From: Diplonema japonicum
Lineage: Eukaryota > Protista > Euglenozoa: Diplonemea
Direction: 5' to 3'
DNA: 64,000 nucleotides
NCBI GenBank assembly: GCA_964019335.1
Contig: OZ025728.1
Location: 62,001 to 126,000 of the forward strand
The notes beneath the pieces are model-generated. The model had not been told where the DNA came from, did not search any database, and saw only the letters and a program-made list of their open reading frames with translations. Below, one piece after another: positions 1 through 11,786 of the stretch (position 1 is its first letter; each line of letters opens with the position of its first letter). The translations under genes and the position numbers were made by a program.

Positions 1-1230
1 CCACCTTTCCGTTGATGGCCACTGTGTATCCCCTCACAAGCTGCCCCTTCGTCTGGTCTTCTTTGATCACAATTCTGTCGAAGGCAGCCCCCTGCGGCAC
101 CGTCACACTGAACATGCCTGTCTTGTTCGCCACCTGCACCACAGCGTCGTCGTAGCAGGCCCTCAGCCACGACCCGAACTCCTGGTACCTCTGCACGTGC
201 GCAGGGAGCAGCGTGCCTGTCTGGTCAGGGGTCCAGTCCAGCAGCAGGTTGGCGTTGATGCCCACTGTGTCGTGGTAGGTCGACACCAGTGCCGACAGCG
301 ACTTCGGCACCATGTTGGCGTTGAAGAACCAGCACCCACCGTACGGGGCACGGTCCTTCTCAGACACACCAGCGCCTGTCTGGAAGCAGGTGTCAGCCTC
401 CGCTGGAACGAATACGGCACCGTTAGGCTCGCCCCTCGTGCAGTCGTTTACAGCGCTCGCTGTGGACCAGTAAGGGTACGAGAGGTGGCCTGACTCCGTG
501 CCGCACCACCTCACCACGTTCTTTCCAGGACCGCCAAAGGCGACGGCGGTGGGCTGCAGCTCTTGGAGGAGCGACGCGATCTCGCTGCCCTTGTCGGAGG
601 GGTACCCGCCGTCGAACCATACCTCTGCGAGGGGCCCGTAGTTGGTCCACAGCTGGCGGAGGTTCGCGAGGAGGATCTGGTAGTACTGGTCCTGGGTGAT
701 CTTCGCCTGGCCGGGGATGGTGTTGGGCTGCACCTTCCCGCCAACCACGTTCAGGAAGGCGTTGTTCATTGCACCGTGGTAGAAGCCAGGACGGATACCA
801 TACTTGTGGCAGCTGTCGACGAACTCACGGGCGATGTCACCAGCACCGTTCTTCCACGGGGAGTGCTTGATGCTGTAGTTATACACGAAATCGAACTCAG
901 GGAAGGCAGTGTTGGAAGGGAAGGTGTTGAACCCGCACCCGTGCGACACCACCAGCACAGCGTGCTTCGCTCCGTAAGACTTGATGGCCTGGATCCACTG
1001 GTCCGTCGACACGTTGGTCGGGGCGAAGGTGGACGCTGGCGGCAGTGCGATGTAGGAAGCACCCTCTTCCGCGTTGCCCTCAAGCGTCATGGCACCAATA
1101 CCGCAGGACTGAAAGGTCCCCATGTTGAAGTGACCGATGGACGTCAGCTCATCGCTTGCCCACATCAACTGGTCCGGCGTGGGTATCGGTACCCCTAGGA
1201 CCACAGCCGCCATCAGGACGCCTTGAATCA

Positions 1231-1231
<1 letters not shown>
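1..1231 (-). CDS. Secreted alpha-L-fucosidase (glycoside hydrolase family 29); C-terminus runs off the window start
   Basis: Hand-translated because it is missing from the ORF track. It starts MIQGVLMAAVVLG (signal peptide) and contains GH29 motifs HFNMGTF, STDQW..AIKSYGAKHAVLVVSHGCGF, HSPWKNGAGDIAREFVDSC, YGPLAEVWFDG (nucleophile Asp), VRWCGTESG, FVPAEADT and YHDTVGINANLLLD. ATG at 1231. Confidence 0.92.
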
Positions 1232-1267
<36 letters not shown>

Positions 1268-2593
1268 GCAACTTGAAATGTTTCTTTGAAAAGTTGTCAT
1301 CACAAAAAAAAAAAAAAAAAAATGAAGGAGGGCGGAAGGGGGGGAACGATTTGGTCTCACCCCGGCCGCTTTTGGTAACTGGGCATTTCCAGGGTTAATC
1401 ATATATCTTAGCTAGGTAAAAAAAAAAAAAAAAACACAGACAGGTCTGGGGGCCTATCCACCGTTATAAAATTTATATGGGAAAAAAAAAGTCCTGAAGC
1501 AGGTGGTTTCTTTTTTTTTTCCCTCTTCTTTCTTCCTTTTTTTCCCTTTTGCCGGTCCGTAGCTTCTCGACTCCTCCTGCGGGTAAAGGAATTCTAAACG
1601 CCGCTGAGGGGCGTTCTTCAGCCCACGGGGCAAGAGGCCACGCTGTTTCGAACGGAATAGGTATTATTAAAAAAAAGAAAGATAAAAAGACAGCGTACAA
1701 ATGGGGGTGCATTTTCTTTTCTATTTTACCGGTGTTTTGAAATCTCGTTCTTGGGGGAGGGAAGGAATTCTCATTTCTCACCAGTTTGCTTTTTTGAGGG
1801 AAAAAAAAAAATGAAAATGTCATGTCTATGCTAACGGATCTATGCTTCCCTTCTGTGCTGAAGGACGCATCGCGAGGGTGGACTTCACTCTGCTGGGTTG
1901 TTGTGCCCCTAGTAGGGCAAAAAAAAAATAATATATGAGTTAAAGGAAGCCGGTGTTGGCGGCGCCCTGCACAAGAACTGTCTACTTGATTACAGGGGGC
2001 GCACCGCAGCCGAGTTGAGCTGTAGCTTCTTCTGCGTTCCGCGTCGTGTCCTTAATGCGTGCGGTGTACAGCTCAACCCCAGCCGGAGCGTCCCGGGTAA
2101 CCAAGATTCTGCGCTCGTGCAGTTTGCTGCCTGTTCGTCATCCTGAGCATCTGCTTTATGATCTTCCACTCGGGCGCTTCCGGTGATGACCGACGAGGAG
2201 GTCAACAGCGAACAACACATCTGATGTTTTTCTTATATTTTCATGTTATCCCCACCACCTGAAAATAAAAAAAAAATAAAAAAAAAGAAGAACAGAGATA
2301 ACTGTTGTTTATTGAAAGTTATCTTTTTTCTTTTTCCTTGTGTTAAACACAACCACAAAAAAAAAAAAAAAAAAATGGGAGTGGAGGGAAACTAACCATT
2401 TTTAGCGCTTTTTTTTTTTTTTTTTTTTTTTTTTGTGCACGAAACATATCGGTATTTTTACCTTTAGGTTGATAAAACTACTCTTAGAACTTAGTTTCTT
2501 AGGTCTCAACAATAAAATTGTGGGGGAAGAAAAAAAAATTCAAATGAAAATGCAAGCTCCCTGAGACGAAAGCCGCATGCCCTAAAAAGGGGA

Positions 2594-2741
2594 AGGGTAT
2601 GGTCAGTACTAGGCATCTGAATGATTTTAAGTTAGAGTAGAGAAGCGAAAAACGATGGGGAGGGTATGGTCAGTACTAGGCATCTCTCAGATTCAGACAT
2701 ATCTCGCGACTCTCCAGGTGCTGTCCTCATCAGGCGAGAGG
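2594..2741 (+). repeat. Dispersed repeat C (~85 bp, AGGGTATGGTCAGTACTAGGCATCTCTCAG...CAGGCGAGAGG), with its first 25 bp duplicated
   Basis: 2661-2741 closely matches 21654-21734, and a fragment recurs near 50110-50133. 2594-2618 is identical to 2661-2685. Confidence 0.85.
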
Positions 2742-4227
2742 GAAAAAAAAAAAAGAGAGAGAGCTCCCTGGCCTTCATGTGACCATTGTCTGCCCTACAG
2801 TAGGTTTAACGAACTAGCCTCTACTCTTCTTTTTTGCAAAAAAAAAAAAAAAAAAAAAAAAAGAGAAGAAAAAAAAAATACATTAGGGCAATGGGTCCCA
2901 AATATTCCCTGTTGTTACTTTTTTTTTTCTTTCTTCTTCTTCAAGCGTCGTGCTTATTTTAAAAAATCGAGATTGGTGATGAAGCCCGGAAAAAAAAAAG
3001 GGAGGGAGTATTCAGGGACGCATCTTTCCCTTTCCCCCCCCCCCCCCCCTCTCTCTCTTCGTTCTAATTTTGCAGTGAAGGGACATAATCTTTTCTGGCC
3101 CCACAGGAGAATAAGGGAGGTCAGTAGAACGAAATCCCTTATTTCAATTATTATCTTTTTTCTTCTTCTTTCTTCTTTTTTTTCTTCACACAAACCGAAC
3201 GAAACTAAAAATAACACATAACTACTTTTTGGTGGGGTACAACCCGGAGAAGGTTTGTAAACCCGAAAAACGCTTCCAGCGTACCCTTTTGTTTTGACAA
3301 GTCAACGACTCGTTCCTGCAAAAAAAAAAAAAAAAAAAAAAGGTTTTAAAAAAAGCTGCGGCATGCACAAGTTGCATATCGTTATAAAATCCATTTATTT
3401 TTAGAAAGATAAATTGTAACGAAAAAAAAAAAATCGAGCGGTGCTGGCAGTTGGGGGTTTGCCTTTCAGCATGGATGGGACCCCCCTGGGAACATCGATC
3501 GCAGTCTCTCCTGAGCCTGGAGCCGGCATCGCTCTCAAACAGAAATCTTCTCCAGAAGAGGTAACCATGTGTGTATGGCCGATCCTATTGGGCCGCTGAA
3601 TTAAAAATTCAAAAAAAAAAAAAACAAAAAAATGAACCCAAAAATATCTCATCGCCATCACATCCGTGTAGAGGTGCGGGAGAGGATGACAGGAGAGGGG
3701 GGAAGGGAAAAAAAAAAAAAAAAATAAGAAGAAGAAAAAAAAAAAAAAAGAGCAAGAAAATTCACAATCAAATTTAAACCGTCTGCGGTGGCTGACTGTC
3801 CCCGAGGAGATGGACGGTAAGATGTGATGGAGGTTGTCTTCCAACCGGGGGAAAAAAAAAAAGACAGATTACATATAAAAAAAACAGCCAATCTTTTTGA
3901 GGGGGGGGAGTAAGCAACGTGCGCAATTATGTGGCTATAAATGAGCCAGTCCGGGGGGGGGGGGGGGGGGGGAAGATGTCCAAGCAAAGCATCGCATTTG
4001 AAAGAACGGAAAGAGGTACACCACATCACCCCTTCTTTTTGCTCAATATGCAAAAAAAAAAAAAAAAAAAAAAGAAATCTGATAAATTTCGGTGTGTGCG
4101 GGCGGGTGCTCACCGTTATGGGAGAATTTCACACTATTTGGCCGGCGTTCTGCGGATGGACCCAAAAAGTATGGACATTTCCCCCCCCCCCCCCCCCCCC
4201 CCCCCGGACGTACTCATATATTAACTA

Positions 4228-4530
4228 TTAACCATTAAGCCTCTGCACGGATTCTGATCACGTTCGTTGGCAAGATCGGATACAATTTGGCGATTTTCCT
4301 CGGATTGTTTCCACCATGGAAATCTCGATTGACAACAGTAACTTTTCGACTTGTCATGTGCCAGTGGGGTTTTTACAATAAATTTCATTTCATTTTCTTA
4401 TTCTATTCACTTCTCGGGGCGTCTGCGGGTGTTTTTTTTTTTTTTTTTTTTTTTTTTTGCCCTCCATGGCAGTGGTAGCATGCTCGAGGATGTTTTAATC
4501 TTAGGAATGAAGTGAAAAAGTCGATGGTGT
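4228..4530 (+). mobile_element. Non-autonomous piggyBac remnant related to the element at 26774-28962
   Basis: It begins TTAA-CCATTAA (4228-4238), like the left end at 26770. 4366-4529 aligns with the right subterminal region 28751-28930 (GGGGTTTTACAATAAATTTCA...GCATGCTCGAGGATGTTTTAAT...AAAAAGTCGATGGTG). No right TIR is visible. Confidence 0.7.
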
Positions 4531-5073
4531 GCATCTTCTAACTTTTAAAGAGGCCCTGGGGCTCTTCTGCTGTCGGAGCTCACCCAAGAACGATTCGGCT
4601 CGGACAGGGGGGGGGGGGGGGGGGGGGTTGTTTTTTGTGTTTAAAATTTGTTTATTATCGCAAAAAAAAGGGGGAGGAAGGGGGGAAACGATTTCCAATT
4701 ACACTTTTTAACTTAACCTACAGCACTCCAAGGGGCGCAAATATTTGTCGTTTTGAAAAAAAAATCTTTTTTTCTCTAGCAAGTACTTTTTCGCCCCCCC
4801 CCCCCACCCCGGATCCCCAAGAACGACCCCAGTGAGGAGTTATTTTCAACTGCATTTAGCAAAAAAAAAAAAAAAAAGAAAAGGGACCCTCGTAGATGGG
4901 CCCCGGAGTGTTATGGGTTAAAAAAATACAATTCGTTACCCCCTTTTGGACACGGGAAGAAAAAAAAAAAAAAAAAAAGCAAGAAACCGGGGAGGAAATC
5001 ATTTTTCCTACCCGAAAAAAACGTGTCTCTGCAATACATGACAGTCACCTCATCAAGTAAACAACAACAACAA

Positions 5074-5109
<36 letters not shown>

Positions 5110-5144
5110 ACAACCCCGCCTGGCCATGATGACCAGTTTATCTT

Positions 5145-5165
5145 AGGTTAGTTTTACCCTACTGA
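5145..5165 (+). other. 21-nt fragment of conserved eukaryotic LSU (28S) rRNA sequence between 24-bp direct repeats
   Basis: AGGTTAGTTTTACCCTACTGA matches the conserved LSU segment ...GTGAGACAGGTTAGTTTTACCCTACTGA (recalled, not searched). Flanks 5121-5144 and 5190-5213 are 20/24 identical. It is not an rRNA gene. Confidence 0.7.
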
Positions 5166-5224
5166 CGGAGAGAGCCCATCGGGCCAGCTTGGTCATAGTG
5201 ACCAGTTTACCTTCGAATTAAAAT

Positions 5225-5260
<36 letters not shown>

Positions 5261-5302
5261 TCTCCATTTTTAGAATGTGATATGCGATGAAACATAAAAT
5301 AA

Positions 5303-6321
5303 CTCTTTATGACTATATGTCTTTTTGTTGTTCGCACGAGCAAAAAAAAAAGTTTTTTTTTGCTCGGCACAAGTTTGCTTATAGTTATAAAATCATTTTT
5401 TGTTTGAAAAGATAAATATTTTGTAACACAATTGTTAACAAAAAAAAAAATGAGACAATGACAAAAATTTGGAAAAAAAAAAAGACAGCTAAAAAATCTA
5501 CACATATCATGTTTGGTTTTTTTTTTTCTTCTTTTTCTTTTTTTTTTGCATTTCTTTTTGTCTTTTTTGAATTATATTATATATTTGTTGTTCGCCTTTG
5601 AGGGGGGGGGGGGGGGGGGGCTCACAAAATACTGCCAAAATAGGCGAAAGTGTTGAAAAAAAGCAGCCAAATTTTCTTGTGCTAGTGAGCGAGCACCTGA
5701 GACGAATAGTGAAGAATATCCACTTATCGAGAGGAGCAGGGAAATGGCTTTTTTTCATTTTCTGACAGCCATTAAGTAGCTGACCCCTCCCTCAACCTTC
5801 GCATGTATTCGCGTACTTGGAGACAGTTTGGGGTGCAAAAAAAAAAAAAAAAAAAAAAAAAAACTAGTTTGGCGCTCCATTTGTTTGTGCGCACGAGCGG
5901 AATTTTACCTAATAAAATAGCTCATTACGCTGCCATCAACTAGTTTTTAGTCTCGACAATAATATTGTTAAAACAAAAAAAAAAAAAATATATGAGTTAA
6001 AGGAAGTCTTTGTGAGACGCCCTTGTTCTCATCTTCTACCTGCACCTGAAAAAAAAAAAAAAAAAAAAAAAGAAAAAAGGTCAAAATAAAACTTGTCGCT
6101 TTGGTTCTTCGCTCGAGTAAAAAAAAAAAATTCACTATGATAGGAACGAAGTGGTTATCAACGGCCCGCCAAAAAAAAAAAAAAAAAAATTCTTTATGAC
6201 TATATGTCTTTGTTGTTCGCACGAGCAAAAAAAGGTTTTTAAAAAGCTGCGAAAGCTTTTTGCTCGGCACAAGTTGCATATAGTTATAAAATCATTTTTT
6301 GAAAGATAGCTATTTGTAACA
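5303..6321 (+). repeat. Cluster of modular dispersed-repeat segments (families A and B), probably a decayed non-autonomous element
   Basis: 5303-5428 resembles 6191-6321 and 3341-3420. 5881-5978 is identical to 52983-53080. 5985-6010 resembles 1925-1950. 6130-6168 resembles 55621-55658. Confidence 0.8.
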
Positions 6322-6955
6322 AAAAAAAAAAAAAAAAAAAAAACCTTTCTAGGCACAAAAAATACAAGTTTTATCATCATTTGTAAACCATAATTGCAGT
6401 ATTTGAGTTGGAAAAGAAGAAAAAAAATATTTTTTCACTCACGTTTTTTTTTTTTTTTTTTTTTCCTTTTTTTCCCGTGTGTATTTTCGCCGAAGTATTG
6501 TTGGGGCTTTCCCAGAATTTGTGGACTTGGGGGGGGTGTGTGTGCAGGTTTGAATTAAGAGTCTTTCCGCCCACTTCACGCTCTTGAAATAGCGAGGGCA
6601 CCCCAACGGCAGAAAGGGGTCAATCGCAACACCATTTCACAAGAGGAAGAAACACCTTTTCATAAGCGCTGCGTAGTATAGGGGGGGAAGAATCACTATT
6701 TTTTCGGGGGTTTTCATTTTTTTTTTATTTCTTTCTTCTTTTTTTTCTTCTTTCTTTTTTCTTTCTGTAGTTATTTCCTTCTTTTTCTTTTGATGCATTT
6801 CTTCTTTTTTTTTTCTCTTTTTTTTTTTGCTGTTTGAGCTGTTTATCCCCCCCCCCCCCCCACCCTATGTTATAAGGCCGTATAACCCCGTCCCCCATCA
6901 CAAAAGAACTCGATAAAAGGGTTCTGCGTGGGGGGGGGGAGGGGAATAATATTAA

Positions 6956-8266
6956 CCATCTACCAACGAGTCTTTATAGAGACGATTTGAAAAAAAAATC
7001 TTTTGCGCAAAGGGCTTTCAATGCAATACAGCCCGGACACTTCTCGCATCCGTGGTCCTGCGCGGAAAATATGAAAAATATAAACTAAATGCTGCCTTAA
7101 CTTTGCAAGAAAATGAAAAAATAAAAAAAAAACGCCAGCCCAAATTTACCCTTAAAAATCACTTCAAAAAAGGGCACCCAGAAAGAAACAAGCGTGCTGA
7201 CTTCTACCTATCGCGAAGGCCTCCCGGAGATCACAGATGCCCCAAAGAAGCGAGGCCGCAAGCCCAAGGACGCGCACCCTGTGGGGACACCCAGTTCCAC
7301 CAGCACGTGAGCATCCTTTGCACCACAACGTGGCATGAAATCAAGCCTGTGCGCTTTCTGTCGATGTTGGATGTTCTGGTGAAGTCAAATTTGGCGTGTC
7401 GGCCAAAAGAGAATGAAAGCCGGAGGCCCTCCAGAAAGGACATCCCGCTCCCCACCAAGTGCATATTTACAACACCGCAATGGGCGGAACCGACGCTGGG
7501 TGACGCTGTGACAAAACGCCATAAACGCACCCTTATGACTTCGAAGTTGCCCCTGAAAGTATTTTCGTACTTGTTAGATAAATCTCTGGTAAATGCCCGG
7601 CTTGTTTGGAAAGAAGCATTGCCCCCCAACACCCTGAGTACGAACGACAGTGGATTCACGCCTTTCAAAGAGGCAGTCATCGAAGGGCTACTAGGGAGGC
7701 TGCCCAAACAACAGCTAAAGTCAACTACAGAGCAGGCTGCCCCAATACCATGCCCCGAAACACAGAACGAGTGCCCTGAGGCCCCAATGCGATGCGACAG
7801 TACCTTCTGGGACCATTTCCCCGCAACGTGCGGTGCAAGCATTGCAAGTCGAAAAGACCCTTATTTCAGTGTTCAGCCTGCTTGGTACAACTTTGCGTGA
7901 CTCCGGGCTTCAAAGACTACCACCTTGCCGGGGATACCCCCCAGAAACCCCTCTCGGGGTCAAAAAAGAAGTCCCCCAGCCCTGGGGCACGTACGAACCG
8001 CGTCAAGAAGGCCTTAAATAGCTTTTTATAGAATTTTACAGTCGATTTTTTTTGACTTGTTTTTTGTACCCCCTCTCGAGCACTTCGGGAACGATATTTT
8101 TGACAATGTTGTGGGGGTGGGCCCTGCTGTGGGCACCCTCTCTAGAATTGGGACATCTGGAGGCATTTCCGGGGGCATATAGCCCCAGCGTTGCGCTAGA
8201 ATAGTTTTTTTTTGAAGTTTTGAAAATTTACCCCCTGGTGGGCAAAAATGGTCCGTTGGTAGATGG
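6956..8266 (+). mobile_element. Internally deleted piggyBac DNA transposon (1311 bp)
   Basis: TTAA at 6952-6955 and 8267-8270, with perfect 13-bp TIRs CCATCTACCAACG / CGTTGGTAGATGG. Transposase remnants are KLPLKVFSYLLDKSLVNARLVW (ORF 7052-7900) and a frameshifted Cys-rich tail RCKHCKSKRPLFQCSACLVQLCVTPGFKDYH (7792-8031). The catalytic core is missing. Confidence 0.93.
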
Positions 8267-8292
8267 TTAATAATAATAATAATAATAATAAG

Positions 8293-8330
<38 letters not shown>

Positions 8331-8340
8331 ATCAAAACAT

Positions 8341-11300
8341 CTAAGGCAGCCTGGCAAGGTCTGTGGACGGCACATACCCTCCACTGTCCTGCCTTTTCAA
8401 CATCACGTCAAACACCCTCCCCATGACACTGTCCTCAGGGTGGATCCCGACCAACGTCTCAAGACGGCTCAACAACGATTGAGTGTTCAACTCAGTAACA
8501 GCATCCACATTTTCAACAAACCCCAACAAAGAGTGCATGACACCAGAAAAAGGCTTAAGCGACGACGGAGCCTCAGGGACGGTAGAATCCTCAAAAGAGA
8601 GAAGAACCGAAGTAAGCACATCACTAAGAAGGTGGTAAAATGTGATGTTGGACTGTAGGTTGTCCTTAAGCGTCCATCGGTCAACAGGACGGATAAAACT
8701 TGAAAGTGACGCATCAGACCTTGTAATCCCAGACGGTGTACAATCGGCTATTATACAGAACGCAGTGAGACGCTCTGCCATGGAGGCTGCTATGTGGGCA
8801 GCGTCGGTGGGAAGCCCGAAGACCGCTGTAAATCTCGACTTCTTTGTTCCGACATTTCCGAAATTGAGCTTTCCAGAAGCAATACCCACCCGCATGGCAC
8901 GGTGGCCCACCCTTCTCTCCAAGTCTGCAGCGAACCTCAACGCGGATATCAAATGCAATGTAACGGGCTTCGCGCAGTTCCACATCACGAGAAGCGTGCT
9001 TCCTGATATTCCACCCACAACGCCTTCAGTCGAGAAAGCTGTCTCTGTTGCCGCTCGTACCATTAAATTTGCCGTATCGAAGAGGCTGCAGCCCTCAGTT
9101 TGCATCAGTTTGCACACTGCTACCGTTCCGTTCCCCGATACAAGCGACAGTCCCGTCTTCTTCCCCTGCCCGTGGTTGTACAGATACTGTTCAATCCTGT
9201 CACCGCCGTACGATGACTCAGACTGTACAGTGGACGGTGCTTCCATCCAACCATCAGGTACCGTTGTTCCATATGCATCTGTAGCCATTCCGGCAGGGGT
9301 TATGAGATGCAATGTATGCGCTCCCAACCCTTTTAGATCATGGCTGCCATGCGGGCTGACCTTGTACCTGCTCGACCCTGTTAGCATCTTACGGACTTCT
9401 TCGGTCACGCAGAGCGATGCTCCGTTTGCTTTACCCTCAACACGTGAAGCTAGATTGACGGAAGATCCTCGGTAGTCGATTCTTGCTGTTAAAGGATTAT
9501 GCTCTGCGATGGTAGGCCCTGCGTTGCAACCCATTCTGACGCGGAGGCCGGTTGGGAGGGAGAGCTCCGAGGGCCATTTTTGAGCGTGGAGGGATTCCAA
9601 GGCTGTTATGCAGCATTCCACCGCATCGTCTACATTGTCAAATGCGAGCATGAATGAGTCGCCGATGGTCTTCACCTCGTACCCGCTAAACTGTCGGTAG
9701 GCAGCGCGGATCACCTCGTTGTGGATTTCAATGGCGGTGTTCATGGCGAGGCTGTTCTCGTTCCATAGGAGTGTTGAGCCTTCGATGTCGGTGAAGACGA
9801 GTGCAACGTGTCCGGTTGGTGGTTCAACGTCCACCTGCGAGCCTTCCAACACAGACGATGGGACGTACGCACGGTACTCACGGAGGTTGGAGATCATCTT
9901 CAAGAAGTCCCGTTGCATGCGGCGAATTTCTTTGATGGCCGACGTTGTTCTGATCGGAGCGGCGGCGAGCTGCATGTCTGCTACGTTTGACATCTCGACT
10001 TGAATGGCCTTCACAGGGTGGAGTATGATCAAGGCAGCCACCGCCATGACCGCAATGAAAAAAACGCACACACCAGCAGCTATTAAAACAGACGCGTCTC
10101 GATCGCTGTCGGCGTCCTTCTGTGTTTTGTCCTTTGCAGTTTCAATGGACTTTTGTACGTCTGCTTTCGACGTTTCGACACGGCCGACGACGTAATCTAA
10201 ATCAATCGTGCTGACCAGCCACCACTCCAACCCGTAGCCGTCGTCGAGGTGCCGCACGTTGACGAGATGCGCGGTTTCGTTGGACGTGTTCGACCCCACA
10301 GTAATTTTTGTGTACTTCTCAGCGGATAATTTCTTGTAGTTCCCGCGAATCCCCAGCGCAATGTCTCGGATCAAAGGGTCCGGTGCCTCCACATCCTTCA
10401 CAAGCCGTAGCTTTTCCCTCCCTCCGGGAGGGAGGTTCTCAAATGACGCGCCATGCGACACTCCTGTCAGGAAATGCGTGTACTCGTACTCCTCCCAGTC
10501 GAAATCGCCAGCTGCTTTTTTTTCATCGCTCAACCACGACCGCGAGACGCATGTGTAGATCCTTCCCCTGGAGCCTGCGTTGGCGTGAACGGAATCAGCT
10601 AGCCTTTTTAGATATTCCTCAACGTGGTTCAGCGTTATGGAGAGGCCTATGACGGATCCTGTAGCGTGCTTTGCCAGAAGCGTGAAACCACTGAATTCGT
10701 CAATGACACGCAGGCTCGACCACATATACCTCTTATTGTTCCAAAAAGGACGCTCGCGGACCTGACGGAAGACAGGCTGGTTCGTGACCTGCAATGGAAG
10801 ACGTGGTGGAGGCGACGCCGCATAAGCACCGTCAAAGGGCAACGCTGTACTGAAGAAGGTGTACTTGTTGTCGTTCGAATCAGATATCATCGCTGTTATG
10901 TTTGGGGTTCCGATTTGGTGGTAACCTACGCTGAAGGCACCGGCGGTGTGGAGGAAGATGGCCTTGATTCCCCTGTTGCGGAGGTGATACACGTCTTGGT
11001 AAAGTCTCGGACGAAGCGTCTTGAGAAAAGCGAAGCTCGGTGTAGTCTCTGTGTTATACTCGTACAGAATGGTCTGCAAAATGTCCATTTCTGTCTTGAC
11101 ATTCAAGATGTAGTCGGTGACAAGCTGATGGACACCAAGAGAGGTTACGCTGAGCATGACACCCGCCTCATCCTCTAAGGACTTCGCGGATACCTCAAAA
11201 CACTGGTCCACACCGTCAAGTCCTGTTTGTCTCGTCAGTCGTACTGACTTATCGCACGACACCGTCAGGATAGCCGTTGTCGACACGACGCACAGCACGA

Positions 11301-11424
11301 GCGGGGCCATTATCATCACACACAAGACCATCATCACCGGTATTCCTCCCTTCTCGCCTCCGATGTGGCTTGACTCGTCGTCCTTTGCGATCTCTGCTAC
11401 CGTGCTCCTCCTATTTCGGCCCAT
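8341..11424 (-). CDS. Receptor-type adenylate cyclase: two TM helices, extracellular domain, class III cyclase and a degenerate second cyclase domain
   Basis: 1027 aa. Motifs ALVFTDIEGSTLLW, GYEVKTIGDSFM, LRVRMG and DYRGSSVNLASRVE. TM segments at about aa 30-55 and 445-470. The C-terminal cyclase-like repeat (RVGIASGKLNFGNVG) lacks the catalytic aspartates. Confidence 0.93.
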   Translation of the reverse strand: MGRNRRSTVAEIAKDDESSHIGGEKGGIPVMMVLCVMIMAPLVLCVVSTTAILTVSCDKSVRLTRQTGLDGVDQCFEVSAKSLEDEAGVMLSVTSLGVHQLVTDYILNVKTEMDILQTILYEYNTETTPSFAFLKTLRPRLYQDVYHLRNRGIKAIFLHTAGAFSVGYHQIGTPNITAMISDSNDNKYTFFSTALPFDGAYAASPPPRLPLQVTNQPVFRQVRERPFWNNKRYMWSSLRVIDEFSGFTLLAKHATGSVIGLSITLNHVEEYLKRLADSVHANAGSRGRIYTCVSRSWLSDEKKAAGDFDWEEYEYTHFLTGVSHGASFENLPPGGREKLRLVKDVEAPDPLIRDIALGIRGNYKKLSAEKYTKITVGSNTSNETAHLVNVRHLDDGYGLEWWLVSTIDLDYVVGRVETSKADVQKSIETAKDKTQKDADSDRDASVLIAAGVCVFFIAVMAVAALIILHPVKAIQVEMSNVADMQLAAAPIRTTSAIKEIRRMQRDFLKMISNLREYRAYVPSSVLEGSQVDVEPPTGHVALVFTDIEGSTLLWNENSLAMNTAIEIHNEVIRAAYRQFSGYEVKTIGDSFMLAFDNVDDAVECCITALESLHAQKWPSELSLPTGLRVRMGCNAGPTIAEHNPLTARIDYRGSSVNLASRVEGKANGASLCVTEEVRKMLTGSSRYKVSPHGSHDLKGLGAHTLHLITPAGMATDAYGTTVPDGWMEAPSTVQSESSYGGDRIEQYLYNHGQGKKTGLSLVSGNGTVAVCKLMQTEGCSLFDTANLMVRAATETAFSTEGVVGGISGSTLLVMWNCAKPVTLHLISALRFAADLERRVGHRAMRVGIASGKLNFGNVGTKKSRFTAVFGLPTDAAHIAASMAERLTAFCIIADCTPSGITRSDASLSSFIRPVDRWTLKDNLQSNITFYHLLSDVLTSVLLSFEDSTVPEAPSSLKPFSGVMHSLLGFVENVDAVTELNTQSLLSRLETLVGIHPEDSVMGRVFDVMLKRQDSGGYVPSTDLARLP

Positions 11425-11786
11425 TTTTTTTTTCTTCCCTCCCCCCCTCCTCCTGCGCGGGCAAACTGGAATTCTCGATCACGGCCGTGGGTGGACTTGA
11501 AACACTACAAAATAAAAGTTTATAAAAAAAAAAAAAAAAAAAGGAATATAAAACTTTTCCAAAACACAATTGAGCTGGGATCAAAAAAGTTAATTGGGGA
11601 TATGAGGGACTAGGAAAATAAGGGAGGTGGGGGGGGGGGGGGGGGGGGGGTCTGGGGGTCTGAATCTAAACTTTTAAGGGAAAAAAAAAAAGAGAAAAAA
11701 AAGAAAAAACTGGTGTTGTTTGAAAGGAGAAAGAAAGAAGAAAAAAACACACTTGAAAATTACTGTAAAGTGAAAAAAAAAAACTC

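Noticed and set aside
5126-5165. Box C/D snoRNA (ATGATGA ... CTGA on +)
   Set aside because: The boxes are only ~30 nt apart, and the rRNA match is sense on this strand so it cannot guide. The minus strand lacks clean boxes.
2594-5213. CRISPR array interpretation of the repeat-spacer-repeat units
   Set aside because: Each has only two repeats, the repeats differ between loci, there are no cas genes, and the context is eukaryotic.
2655-6601. Many short ORFs with poly-Phe, Lys, Pro or Gly, here and in other intergenic regions
   Set aside because: They are translations of homopolymer runs with no domain signal.
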